A DNA stretch of 64,000 bases. Origin: Syncephalis fuscata S228 (taxonomy: Eukaryota; Fungi; Zoopagomycota). Below the pieces are notes generated by a model. That model worked only from the letters and a program-made list of their open reading frames with translations. It was not told the DNA's origin and ran no database searches. Made by a program: the position numbers and the translations under genes. Location: NCBI GenBank assembly GCA_025786725.1, contig JAHLTZ010000063.1, forward strand, positions 5,575-69,574, in the 5' to 3' direction. Shown here one piece after another: positions 14,515 through 27,217 of the stretch. Numbering within the stretch: position 1 is the first letter of the stretch; every line of letters begins with the position of its first letter.

Positions 14515-15530
14515 ATGTCACCGCCACAAAATGTGAATACTGCTTATTTATATCCGATGGATGCTTACGAAACTGTGGAGTTATTCTCCACCAGTTTGAA
14601 AGAAATGCGAAAACAGCTAACACGTATTTGGATACATATTATAGTTCATATTATTATGAGCTATGTTCAAGGGCATAACATCAACATTGCCCTTCGATTG
14701 GTTATAGAAAAGCCGCGAGCACTTGCAAGATGGTGCTGTTTAATGCCTTCAGTTTTATGTATTGGTATATCGATACTTACAATCATGTTCGACTTTGCCA
14801 AAGTCTTTTATATGGATACATTAGCACTTTACGCTGGATTTACCGTCCCTATCTCCATTATGTGCTACAGTATCATTTTGCTGCAAAAAGCATACACTAT
14901 GTCCCAGAAAAGTCGTTGGGTACTTGTAATAGGCATAATGTTAATTATCCTACAAATAATAACTCCCGTTATAATGTTAAACGTTGATGTTATGGCTAAT
15001 TTTGAATTGTATCGTCGTGGTTTTTCTCATTATCCAAAGGAATTGATTCTACTATGGTTCTGCACATCTCTTGCTGTCAACTTATTTCTCTCGTCTGTAT
15101 TCAGCTACACTGCCTATAAACAATATCGTAAGTTTGGCTCTAAAACCTGGAGGTACCTAGCTAGCGATGGCATGGAATCTATGTGTCTTGTTATACTTTG
15201 TAATACAATATGTACCATTATAATGCTTTCTAGTAGTTCCAGAATTATTTTTACACTTTCCTATTTTATTGACTGGTAAGCATAAGCATAAGCAATATCT
15301 TTTTTATATTTACATAAAATTATAATAGCTCAATCTGCTCAATAATCTTGATCGAAAACTGTCGTAAAACACGCAATGTTTTAATGAGGCTAATCGTCCA
15401 AAAACCGAGAAAATGTTTTATATTTCACAAATACCATCGCCAATGCATGAAGAGACAAATGCTAATACAGCCAGCCAACCGCCTATACCGTATCATAATT
15501 AATATGTCTATAATATTATGCGATTCTTAA
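14515..15530 (+). CDS. Seven-TM integral membrane protein, lineage-specific, GPCR-like topology
   Basis: ORF 14515..15279 has six long hydrophobic segments and a seventh spans the intron starting at 15276. A possible 1-nt indel near 15380 gives an alternative end at 15502. Confidence 0.7.
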
Positions 15531-16281
15531 TAAATATTACACTATTTAATAAACTAATTTAATGATTGCTAAAATGCCTCAACAAAAGTGCCATTATAGT
15601 GGACAGAGTATTTATAAGTGCTTGATCACACAAACTAGTACAAGCTTTTTATTTAAATACATTCAAACAGATAGATATTTAATGCATGGTTAGTTAAAAT
15701 TGCATATCAATTCGTTATATACACTTGAAATAGTCAACAAATACCACAAGCTTTAATTATTATTTACAGTTTATTTTTATGTTTTGATTAAACGACAATC
15801 TAGCTATAATTTTATGCTATGTTGCACTAGCATTCGTGTATAATTGGTTTGTGTAGCAACTATGTCATAATTCTATTGGGTGCATCACTTGAGTAGATCG
15901 ACCATCAAAATGTGCCCCTTTTTAGAGATGGTTACTAGGCATTTGTGACCAACCTATTTGTGACCTGTCTTACGTTGGCTCAGCCAACTTTAATTTATTC
16001 TAAAACCTTTATTAACATTAGCGTTATTTTATTTAAATTACACCTATTTGGTAAATACGCTGACAACGCTTCAATTTGTTTTAATTAGGAATTTATGGAC
16101 AGGCCATTGAGATAATTGGGAAATAAGTAGTCATACCCATCTATAAATAGTCATTTCCGGTTCATCACTGTGCCGTTAAATACTGTTCCATTCTGCCTTG
16201 ACCCGCTCGTTGTCTAGCTCACCACTTCACCTGCAATCTTTTCCCACCAGTAATAATACGCTTTACTGTCGATATCTTACC

Positions 16282-16900
16282 ATGACCATCAAAAAGTCCA
16301 CCAAGTCTTCCGCGGCCGCCGATAACTATCAACCTACACACCCGGATCATTTTCGCGTAAAGTATGGCAATAGCGGTAACTACACGTCTCGTTTGGTGGC
16401 GACAAAGGATTATCCGGCCAACTCGGAAATCATTAAACTAGACGCTAAAACACTGGTATCCGTGCCAGACCCTGTGTATACAACTGTGCAAACAGGCGAA
16501 AAATCCCACGTAGAACTTAATTGCGACCTTACTTTTATGAACCACTCCTGCAATCCAAATGTTCACATAAATACACATACCTGGGAGCTGACTGCCGCAC
16601 GCGATATTGCAGCTGGTGACGAAATGACCTTCTTTTATCCAAGCACCGAATGGCACATGGATCAGCCATTTGATTGCTGGTGTGGCTCCGAAAAGGTAAT
16701 AGGTAGCAATCGATAGAAATATAGCCATAAACTAATACATTATTGTTAATAAATTTTAGTGTATTGGCAAAGTGTGTGGTGCTAAAGATGCACCAAAAGA
16801 TATACTAAGCCTCAACTATCTTAATGATCATATCATTCAAATGCTATCGCAACATGAAGCAAACAAGCATGAGACAGTTGGCGACTTGATATCGTTCTAA
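16282..16900 (+). CDS. Small SET/post-SET domain methyltransferase
   Basis: FMNHSCNPN, RDIAAGDEMTFFYPSTEW and PFDCWCGSEK|CIGKVCGA across intron 16696-16759. Confidence 0.9.
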
Positions 16901-17214
16901 TCTGCACCATTGCTGGGCTACCATATTAATAAACAATAAGTTGCATCAATATTGACAGCCTATTATTATTGTCTAGAAGATTATATGCTAAGATGTAGCC
17001 CATATTGTCTTATTAATCATTAATACATGTAGCCTTTAATAGTAATCATAAAGTCATTGAAATAGTATCTAGCTACAAAGCACAAAAACTATAACCAACG
17101 ACTGTGTATTACAGCGCTATATTTACACGGTGACTCACTCTGTTAGTGTTCCGATAAACTCCGTAAGCAGAGCAAGTTTTATTTCCGCTTTTACTTATTC
17201 TTTTTTTGTTAACA

Positions 17215-18676
17215 ATGGCTCATTTACAATACTCGCTGTAAGCATTAACCATTCTACTAGCCCATACGCTTATCGTCTGTAGATCTAGGGTTGGCGCGTA
17301 CACCGCGCCATATGTGCGCTATCATGCTGCTTCGCTGCCTCGCTTCTATTCTGCAATGGCTGGTTCTCGAGTTGCTGCTGCGCCAAAACCGACACAAGTA
17401 TCGTCTAGTCCACCGGAGTCAACAGACATCAATGGCACGAATAACCTATCGATACAAGTGAAAGCAGGCCAGCTAGCTAACGCATACTCGTTTGCCGCGC
17501 TAACTGGCGATGCTGAAAAAACACTAGGCGAAAAGATAAAGTTCTATGCTCGTCATTACCTACAAGGACTTAAGCAGGTGTTTGTCAATCGTAAAGAAGC
17601 CAACGCAACGCGTCAGCGTATTGCTGGAGGTCAAATTATGACACGGGCTGACTATCAAATGGTAAGTATTATATGTATATATATTAAAATATTCGGTAGA
17701 TATTTATTGCAATATAAACAGATAACGCGTGCCTCTGCGGATATTCGTAAACTATTACCATTTATCGGTATTCTTATAATCCTTCCTGAATCAATTCCTC
17801 TTCTGCTTATATTTGCGCCTGGTCTTGTGCCAAGTACTTGTATTCTTCCCTCTCAAATGGTAACTATCGCGATTTCATCTAGAGATGTTTATAGTGCTGA
17901 CCAATATTTGAACAGGAAAATAAGAATAGAAAGGTACAGGAACGACGTGATGCCATGACACGAGCCATTTATGAATCAACTGAGAAAAATAATTTAGTAA
18001 GTACCGGTGTAATAACATTAAATAAATATGTACTAATTTTTAAATGATCTTGTCTAAAATGCACAGATTCCAGCTAAAGTATACTGCAATTCTGATTCAT
18101 TACGAGAATTAGCCATCCAGTATCCAACAGAATTTCTATTGGACCAACTAAGTAAAGAACACTTGGCCGCCTATTGCCGGTAAGCTACTTATTGAGCGGC
18201 ATAGTCTATTACTCATCAAGCATTAGTTTCCTTGGCCTAAGCGATTTTGGATCACTTTATATGTTGCAACGTCGATTCGTCAAACATATGGACTATTTAC
18301 GATTAGATGACGAAGTAAGCTAACCACTTTATAGCTGTACATTATAGCTAACAATTACATTTGTTATAGCTTATTCAACGGGAAAGCATCGAATCATTAT
18401 CTGAAGAACTACTACGCACTGCAGCAGAAGAGCGTGGCATGTAAGCATATAACTATTTTTTTACTATACGGCAGAATAATAACTATGTTCAATAGACGAT
18501 CTCATCAAGTGGAACCAGCAGTACTACGGTCAGAACTACAAAACTGGATTGATCTACGTCTTGGTAAACCAACCATTCCAGCTGGCATGCTAGTATTTAG
18601 CCGTGTCTTCCGTAATGCCAATATTAAATCTAGCGTAACGCCGTTTACAGAACAAGAAGTAGCCGAAAAAATATAA
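17215..18676 (+). CDS. LETM1-like mitochondrial inner-membrane protein
   Basis: HYLQGLKQVF, TRADYQM|ITRASADIRKLLPFIGILIILPESIPLL, YLRLDDE|LIQRESIESLSEELLRTAAEERG. Many short introns. Confidence 0.85.
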
Positions 18677-18782
18677 TCTGCATCGTTTTATCGTTTTATC
18701 GCTTTATTTTTGACAATAGCACAATTGATCTTAATAAATAGACTATATACCAATTTATTCAATGTCAAATGACCTATTACAC

Positions 18783-20280
18783 TTAGTATTCTCCTTGATC
18801 GGGAAATGAGCCCAATACACGAACTTCCAAGCAATAAGCTTGAATATCAGATAATGCTTTAGCCAAATTGGCATCTTCTGAATGGCCAATACATTCAATG
18901 AAAAAGTAATAATTCCATGGATTCTGTAGGGATGGCCGTGAATTAATACTTGTCAAATTAATGCCGTTATCTTTAAAGCTACGTAAAGCATCACAAAGAG
19001 CACCTGGCTGCCGATGATCCACTGTAAATTTCACTAGCGTCTTATCTTTACCAGTTGGCTTATCCGACTCGGACCCAATAATAAAGAATCGTGTAATATT
19101 GTCTAATTAACATTAGTTGGCTGTTTATACTTTCATTGTTATTGCCAACTTGCCTGATCTATCTTGAATATCTTCTTGGATAATGGATAGACCATATAGT
19201 TTGGCGCACATTGTACTAGCAATCGCTGCTGTATTTACTTCAGATGCAGCCATTTCAGCAGCACGTGAGGTAGATGCCACGTTGATACACTCCACCGATG
19301 GCAAATGTCGACTTAGCCATTCTTTCGTTTGACCAAACGCTTGTGGACTAGTAGAAATAGTATTTTGATAAATAAATAAACAATTAAACTATATAATATC
19401 ATTCCATAATACTTACTGACTATAGACACGTTTAATTGCATTTAATTGATAGTTGGATAGTAAGGCTTGTCGCACCTAACTAATTGATTAAAAACGTATA
19501 AGTAGCATTTATAACAGCTTACTTTAAGATAAGTTTCTGCACGAATATGCACAGGTGACGTACGAAATCGATCAAGTGTTTGAATAACTGTGCCAAAAGT
19601 TGAATTTTCAAATGGAACAACACCATACGTTGTTTGATTAGTTTCTACAGCGGTAAATACATCTATCGATACAGTTAGTATAAATCACTATAATATAAAT
19701 ACATTTACCATCAATAGTATCACGCGGTGAATAAGTGACACTATCACCAAATCGTTTATTCGATACCTATTATATATATATATATATATATTAGATACTC
19801 ATAGCTAACATGGTGATTAATACTATAGCTATTGATATTTACCTCGTGCGAGAAAGAACCGCGCGGCCCAAGATATGCTACAATTACTTCTTTTTGCAAA
19901 GAAATAGAAGCTGACATGATTTCTCGGTAAATAGCTTGCAATGCTTGATCCGATAGTGGTCCACTATTCAAACCGGCCACCTAAACGACATTATTAATAC
20001 TAATTGATATGCTGTTATTAATGTAGTAAACACGCCTTCACCTTACCCGTTCAAATACTACGCGCTCCTGTGTAGGCACATACACTTGTACTTCACTGTT
20101 GCTATATATAAAAAGGTTAGCCGGCCATTTTACCATATCTATTACTTACGGGTTTGTTTCTTGTAGTTCGTGTCGCTTTTGCAAGCCTACTTCAAGAGAA
20201 TAGCTAGCTCTTTCATTAAGTAGCGTTACAATATGGTCGTCTAACGACGCAATCTTCTGCCGCAGCTGTCCCAAGTCCAT
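18783..20280 (-). CDS. pheA: Bifunctional chorismate mutase (AroQ) / prephenate dehydratase with ACT domain (P-protein)
   Basis: MDLGQLRQKIASLDDHIVTLLNERA (CM). AIYREIMSASISLQ..VAYLGPRGSFSHE, GVVPFENSTFG, VYSHPQAFGQ and DNITRF (PDT). PGALCDAL...INLTSINSRPS..PWNYYFFIE (ACT). Confidence 0.93.
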
Positions 20281-20413
20281 AGTGTTCTACTTGAGCATAT
20301 TAGTCGCTTATTGCCTAGTACTGTTTACAATGTATTACTTCTGGTACAAACTATCTCGCAACCGTACACGCTGTAGTGTGAATGAAGGGGTGGTGAGCCA
20401 ATTTGAGTCCTCC

Positions 20414-20420
20414 TGAGTCA
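20414..20420. promoter_or_regulatory. Gcn4/CpcA consensus site TGAGTCA upstream of pheA
   Basis: Perfect TGA(C/G)TCA about 135 bp upstream of the pheA ATG, with a near-match TGAGTCC immediately before it. Confidence 0.45.
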
Positions 20421-20715
20421 GGCCAATACAATTAGTAAAATATAAAAAAACTGATATTTTCATTCAAATTCTTTTACAACACCACAACTGTTACTATCAC
20501 TACTACTGCTGCTACTCTACTGTTGTTATTGTTATTACACTTCTGATCTAGTTTGTAGCTACTATCGCTTCATATTGTTCAGCTAGGCATTACTACAAGT
20601 AATACAGCTACTGTTATCGCTTTACTAGGATACTTATTGCTGTTTTACCTTTTGATCTCGCGTGATCCAGCTATACTATCTTTATCAACCAGTGCTACCA
20701 CTTGTACCGTTGACT

Positions 20716-21566
20716 ATGGCTGTTCGTGCTCAATTTGAGAATACCAACGATGTTGGCGTGTTTGCCAAATTGACCAATGCTTACTGCTTGGTCGCCGTTG
20801 GTGGTTCAGAAAACTTTTACAGGTAAGCTACAAACTCCATTAAATAGCTAGCTTTTTATTTAATTTTATATAGTGTATTTGAAAGTGAATTAAGCGATGT
20901 TATCCCTATCGTGCACACTTCAATTGCTGGCACACGTATCGTCGGTCGTCTTACTGCCGGTATGTTGTCTATTTAATGCTACTGTAGAATAGATGCTAAC
21001 ACTTTATTTATAATATTATAGGTAATCGACATGGTCTGCTTGTACCAAGCACGACAACCGACCAAGAGCTACAGCACCTGCGCAATTCGCTGCCTGATAG
21101 CGTGGCTATCCAGCGCATTGAAGAGCGTCTATCGGCACTTGGCAACGTTATTGCCTGTAACGACTATGTCGCTCTTGTCCATCCGGATATTGATCGTGAA
21201 ACTGAAGAGATTATTGCCGATGTGCTAAAGGTCGAAGTGTTCCGTCAAACGGTCGCCGATCAAGTACTTGTCGGCAGCTACTGTGCCCTATCAAATCAAG
21301 GAGGTCTTGTGCATCCACGCACTTCAATTCAGGATCAAGAAGAATTGTCTTCGTTATTGCAAGTGCCACTTGTGGCCGGCACAGTTAACCGTGGTTCCGA
21401 TGTTATTGGCAGCGGTTTGCTCGTCAATGACTGGTGTGCATTCGCTGGTCTAGACACCACAAGTACAGAAATCTCTGTAGTGGAGCGCATCTTCAAACTG
21501 CAGAATGCACAGCCTACCGCCATTGTTAATGAGATGCGCGATTCACTTATCGACACCTACTCATAA
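20716..21566 (+). CDS. TIF6: Translation initiation factor eIF6
   Basis: [26 protein letters not shown], two introns, then [24 protein letters not shown]...[13 protein letters not shown]. Confidence 0.98.
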
Positions 21567-21710
21567 ATGATTACAAGCGCTGGCCTATGTCTTTTTTCCC
21601 TACAAACTGCGCACAGACTTTCACATTATAATACCAACAACAGTATAATATAGAAAAAGAAACAGTTTCTTATTACTATGCTACACCCGTGTACACTCGC
21701 GCATTGTCGC

Positions 21711-21711
<1 letters not shown>

Positions 21712-21752
<41 letters not shown>
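21712..21752. repeat. (TTA)n microsatellite
   Basis: About 13 perfect units between the converging 3' ends of TIF6 and the Med28-like gene. Confidence 0.95.
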
Positions 21753-21772
21753 GTATCAGCTATGATTGTATT

Positions 21773-22259
21773 TTATAAGTTTGTCAGTGCAGCATTATTT
21801 GTAAAGCTATCGTTATTAGTATTAGACTGGTGGCTAGCATCCGTTGTAGGCATTTCAAGCCAGGCTTCCCAGCGTATTAATGCTTCATTGGCCTCGCTTA
21901 GTAGTTTCTCTTTTAGTTCAATATCCCGTTGAACACTTTCAATTTCCTAAATGTCAAATAATAAAGCTAATTAGAACAAATGTAATATAGATCTATAGCA
22001 CGATATACTTACATTTACCAGCTGAAGTGTAGGTGTCTCTTCAGCCTTTTGACGTGCCAATTCCTGGCTTGTAATCCATTGTTCAAACCATTTGACGCTC
22101 GTCATAAACTGGTCTGTAGCCGGTTGTGTGTCTAGTCGTTTATAGAACAGTTAGTACTCTGCATTCTCACCTGTACTAATAGTGTATACCTGTTCCATTA
22201 TTGATAGTCTGTCCTAGTAATTGGAAGGCATTATTCAGCGATTCCAACCGTGCTTCCAT
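21773..22259 (-). CDS. Small helical protein, Mediator subunit Med28-like (not in ORF track)
   Basis: Three exons with canonical introns: MEARLESLNNAFQLLGQTINNGT|DTQPATDQFMTSVKWFEQWITSQELARQKAEETPTLQLVN|EIESVQRDIELKEKLLSEANEALIRWEAWLE...NL*. Confidence 0.65.
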
Positions 22260-22441
22260 ATTGATAGCTTAAAAACAATGTAAATAGAAGGAGGAGAAAA
22301 GTCGATAGGCAAGTAATAATATTGTGTAGAACAAATTTATTGATAATAATCATAGCGCGCTTATTTGAATCTTGGAAATAAATCGTTCTTATTATCATTT
22401 GTAACAATGGTAACGCAAGCAGTAGTCAATGCCATTCAATC

Positions 22442-23759
22442 TTATTCGCGCCCACTGCGATAAAGCGCTTCCTGTGTTACTTGCATCTCATCAATCTCTG
22501 GTGCTAGATCTTGCAATAGTTCATAAGTGTCCTTGAAGTGGGCTAACTGAGCCGCGACCATATCAGCCAAGTTACGTAGTGGTTCAGGCTAAAATGATAA
22601 TAAATATAGTAGACTATTAGCGTTTATAACCAATACAATTCGTAAAACTTACACTTTCAATAACTGCACGCATTACTGAAGTTGCCTCTTCTACTATAGT
22701 AACAAATTCATCTTCGGCCTTTTCCACTTCTTCTCGTAGCTATAAAAATTTAATGAAATATTGTTGGTATTATCATAGACTATTGAATAAATAGTACCTG
22801 TGATTCGCGGTCTGGTGTAGTCGCCTTGTAGCGTGTCTTGCAAGCATCCAAGCGTACACGGGCCCCTTGTACTCGTTTACGTGCATCCTATATTACATTG
22901 CCATTAGCGATAACAGTTGTTGTTAATAAATACTTGACTATTTACCATAGCATTTTGAATACCAGCATGAAGCGTTACTTGGAATGGCTGGAAGAATTTG
23001 TCCGTAACTTCTTTGCACTAAAGTATCATTACTAATAAGTTCTATGGATATATTCATTATTATAATTTACCATCTTCAATTCAGAGTCGCCAATCTTTTC
23101 CGAAACAGTAGCGTATTTGAACAGAGCAGCACCTAGCAAATTGATAAATTAACACCAGTCCAATTATCACTGCTCTATAAACATGAACTACTTACCAAGT
23201 GGCTCTTCCAATCCAATTTGATCTGAACCTTGATTGCAGGCACGAGCCATGGCTTGGTGTAGATTCTTTGGCTGATCTTCAATACCGCCTTCTTCAGTGG
23301 CTGTCACATCAGGTCCCATGGCAAAAGTCTGCACACGTGTAGCTACACTGCGCATTGTCTCCTGAAACTCTTGTGGTTCTTTGAAGCTAGGTTGAGCATA
23401 CGAGCGAGTTACTCGTAGCATAGATAGGTGAAGATTGCGAATAGCATCGACTCGCTAGACATATTCCATAAGTAATAAGGTTTAAGCGTCATCTAATCAG
23501 CACAGCTACTTACATGTTCCAAATCCTTGTAATCTTGAGGCAAATCGGTCAATTGTTCGACATTACCAAGTCTCTCTTCTGTCCACTATACAAGTACAAC
23601 ATATAACGTTTAGAACCCACCCAGAAAGTATAGTTTTGTACTTGATAGTGCTAGTGCTACTAAGTAGTGTATGGGATTTACCTGTACAGCTTGGTTCAAT
23701 CCGCGGCTCATCTGCTGAGCAAGCGGATTCAGTTTATTAACAAATTGGTTAAAGTTCAT
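22442..23759 (-). CDS. GVP36: BAR-domain protein, Gvp36-like
   Basis: MNFNQFVNKLNP...|WTEERLG...TDLPQDYKDLEH|RVDAIR, PKNLHQAMARA, RKRVQGARVRLDACK, AEDEFVTIVEEA, ending EMQVTQEALYRSGRE*. Confidence 0.85.
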
Positions 23760-25002
23760 CGTGGAATGTGGTATCGTTCAAGGAACAGCTGCAGCGGTGG
23801 CGATGGCCGTACAAATAGTAGTAGGTCAAGGAAGGTGGTTAAAGTAGCTGGTTGCCAAGACTAGAGAAGGGTGAAAAGAAGGACGAGCCGAAATGGTCGT
23901 CATCAAATTAAATTAAAATTCCTGAATAGAACGCTTTCAATACTAAGCCAGCCTTTACGGTACAATTTATTTAATAACAAAAAGGATAACCAGCTTACTA
24001 CGACATCATTTATTGAATCAGTTTATTCTATGGCCGATTTAATGAAACAGATAGTATAGATCAGCACCATGCACTAAATGATTGGATAGTAAAATGGAAC
24101 TTGCCCAGTAATACTAAATATCCATACTATGGCATCTTTAATTAGTAACTTTGTAATAATGATATGCAGATATTATTCAAAATAAAATACAAGTTTAAAA
24201 CAATACTAAATTATTCCACAAAGCATTTCATAGTAGTCTTGGTATACGTGCAGAATATAACAATAAAATACATCTTGCGATATTTCATTGTATATGAACA
24301 ATGGATTAATGGTGTTATCGCAGTCTTTATTATTATTTAGTCCAGATCAAGGTGATTCGTCGACTAATGTTACTACAGCACTGTAGCACCAGTCAAACGA
24401 TGCATTCATGTATAATTATGTGATACAACAACAATAAATAGGTTAGTTATTGGTATCCAGTAATTAGTGTAATGGGCATAAATATAAAGTTATTAATTTT
24501 ATAATATGGAATATTAGCAATTTACACAATAATAAGTAGGTCAGTTATTGATAAGCAAATGTGCTTATTTAAATAATAGAATATATAGCGTATACTATTT
24601 ACTTATTCATTTGGTAAATATATGGTAGTAGTACAATGATACAAGTACCAAACATTTGAATAAATAGAAATATAAAGCCAAAAAGCATATTTAGTTAATT
24701 GGATAATTTATACTTGACTAAATCCCTACTAATCATGTGTCTTAATCTATTGTAATATGCAGCTTGTGTCGTATTGGGTTTATTTGTGTAAATAGGCGAT
24801 AATCATGCGTAAACCAATAAAAAGACTACCTTTATACTGCCGTGTAACCCACATGATTCTATATTTTGTATCCACAGTTAAATGCCGGTAGTCCAAAGTA
24901 TGGCACTGTAACATTCAAAGCCTCTCTTCCTTACTATTATTCGTACATATATATATATACCACTCGTATAAACATCTATTACTGTTGTATTCAAGATCTA
25001 TA

Positions 25003-25237
25003 ATGCGGCGTTTCTTCATTGTATCCTGCACTATTCTACTGTTTGTGCTAGCCAGTATCACTACACTTGATGCGTCTCCCATTGGAGTCGATCCAAACAA
25101 CGCTCGTGTGATTAGACGCTCACCTGAAGATGGTAAGTCTTTGAAATAACAAATACATTTGTGACTAAATAGATTGTATCCTCTATATTACCGCCAACAA
25201 AAGCTTCCAAGCTACAGCGTACTGCAACTTGATTTGA
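25003..25237 (+). CDS. Small secreted prepropeptide, 64 aa, spliced (not in ORF track)
   Basis: MRRFFIVSCTILLFVLASITTLDASPIGVDPNNARVIRRSPED|DCILYITANKSFQATAYCNLI*. Intron 25133-25172 (GTAAGT...GACTAAATAG). TATA-like motifs just upstream. Confidence 0.7.
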
Positions 25238-25688
25238 AAGTAGTCTTTATTTCCTCAATCCTGCCAAATAGCCAGTGTTTATTTTAATCCTACATTATAG
25301 TCTGAAATTAAACATCAACTATTTAATAATAAACTATTCTAATCGCTGGATTGATACCTATACCTATACCTATACCTATACACATTATTTGAATAACACT
25401 TATATTGTATTAATGGTCTACTGATAAAGATTACAATGCTGACCAATAAATAGGCGCAGTTTTAATTGCTTTGTGACATTAGCAAGAGACATGAGACAAA
25501 TAAGATATAACAACAAAATACGCCTCATGGATACATCACGTCGTAATAGGTTGTTGTCGCCGTAATGGGCGGCGTCATAAGCGATCAATAAGAGATAAGA
25601 ATATGAAAAATGCCAACAAGATATAAACTAGAAATAGTAGGGAATTCGATAATATAAAATGGATTACAGGCGCTTATCAGTCGATTGT

Positions 25689-27217
25689 CTATTCAATAGA
25701 CCAGCGTTGGTCTCGCAAATGCGGGTCACTGAAAGCATGACCACCATTACCAAGTTCATAATCGGTATGGTCTTTGTTTCGTTGTACTAGATACATATAC
25801 ATTAGCGCTCATGCTTGTTATAGATAACTTTTACTACTTACATCGAATTTTCAAACCTTTACCGAAATTCTTCAGAATAAAGAATGAAGTGGCAAGCAAA
25901 GCAACGCCCATAAGCAATGTGATGACCGCTATCAATAGCAATTTTATAGCAATAGTATATATCGTTAGCCATCTATCTTGATCAAACAAAGTTACTTACC
26001 GAATAGTGTAAGAAAGATACGAGCACCGGTATATAAGTCGCAGTTATTAGTTTTTCCAGTGCTTGATTTACATGGGTGATCCAAAATAATATTCCTATTA
26101 TAAATCTTTGCCAAGTAATATATCAGATAGGTCATTGTACCAACAACGCCAACCACAAATGCATAGATGCCATATCGGCTTTCTACTCGAGCTGCCCAGA
26201 ATCCCACAACAAATATAAGAATCGAGCCACTGATTGAAATGACCGTATGTAGAATCATGTTATTATGATCATCATTGTAGTAAAATAAATACCAAAGCTG
26301 TCCTGCAAATGCCAAAAAAACAAATATACCAAATTTAAGAATGGTTACAAAAATCTGGTAAAGTCGGTACATGCCTATATTAATAAATAGTCCATCAATC
26401 ATTGATAAGATTAGTATCCCAATAACATACACACACACATATATATATATATACATACGTCGTATATTAAGATCAGCACCAATTTTCTTATAGATCCGCC
26501 AGCCAAACTCTTGAAATAAATGCCATGCCTGAAATGCAAAAGTAATAGCCAGAACAGCCATCACAACAATAATGGCGATTTCTAGACCCATCGATGCATG
26601 ATGAACATAGCTGTTTACGTTTGTCCGTAGAGTTTGAATATCTTTTTCAACGATCATATTCGATGTTTGCCAAAGTTGTACCACTGAGTAACAAAGACTG
26701 AGAAAGTTAAAAATACCAAGTCCAATGATCTGAATTGTATCTTGGCGAAACACCTAATAATACCAATCAATATCATCGTATTTACAGTATTACCTAGTAG
26801 TAATAATAATACACTTACCGCATCGATACAAAGTACAAATTGGAATACTTGAGCCACGATAAAAATCAAATGATAGGCCGAAATAATTGCTACTTTTTGT
26901 AGATTTGCATCATTGCCCAGAAGCATATAGTATGTATCAATAAATCCTGATTCTTTTCGATGAATTTTGTAAACGTTGGCCTCCATTGTAATAATCACTA
27001 CTGCTTGTATGATAGAAGATAGCAATGCTAATCTTACATATAATGAATTTTTACCATTCTATAGTGCAAATATATTAGATATCTTGACTAGATATATTAG
27101 ATAGATAACACTTGCCTGTCCTAAAAACCAATGGTTCTCCAATGGTACAAACCGTCCAATCTTGCGAGTAATAGGACTTCGACTGCTACTAGAGCCCGGA
27201 TTACGGCTTAATGCCAT
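25689..27217 (-). CDS. Multi-pass membrane protein, UPF0658 (Golgi) family-like
   Basis: YHLIFIVAQVFQFVLCIDA, QDTIQIIGL, LFQEFGWRIYKKIGADLNIRR, NFGKGLK and C-terminal RWSIE*. The first intron is GC-AG. Confidence 0.8.
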
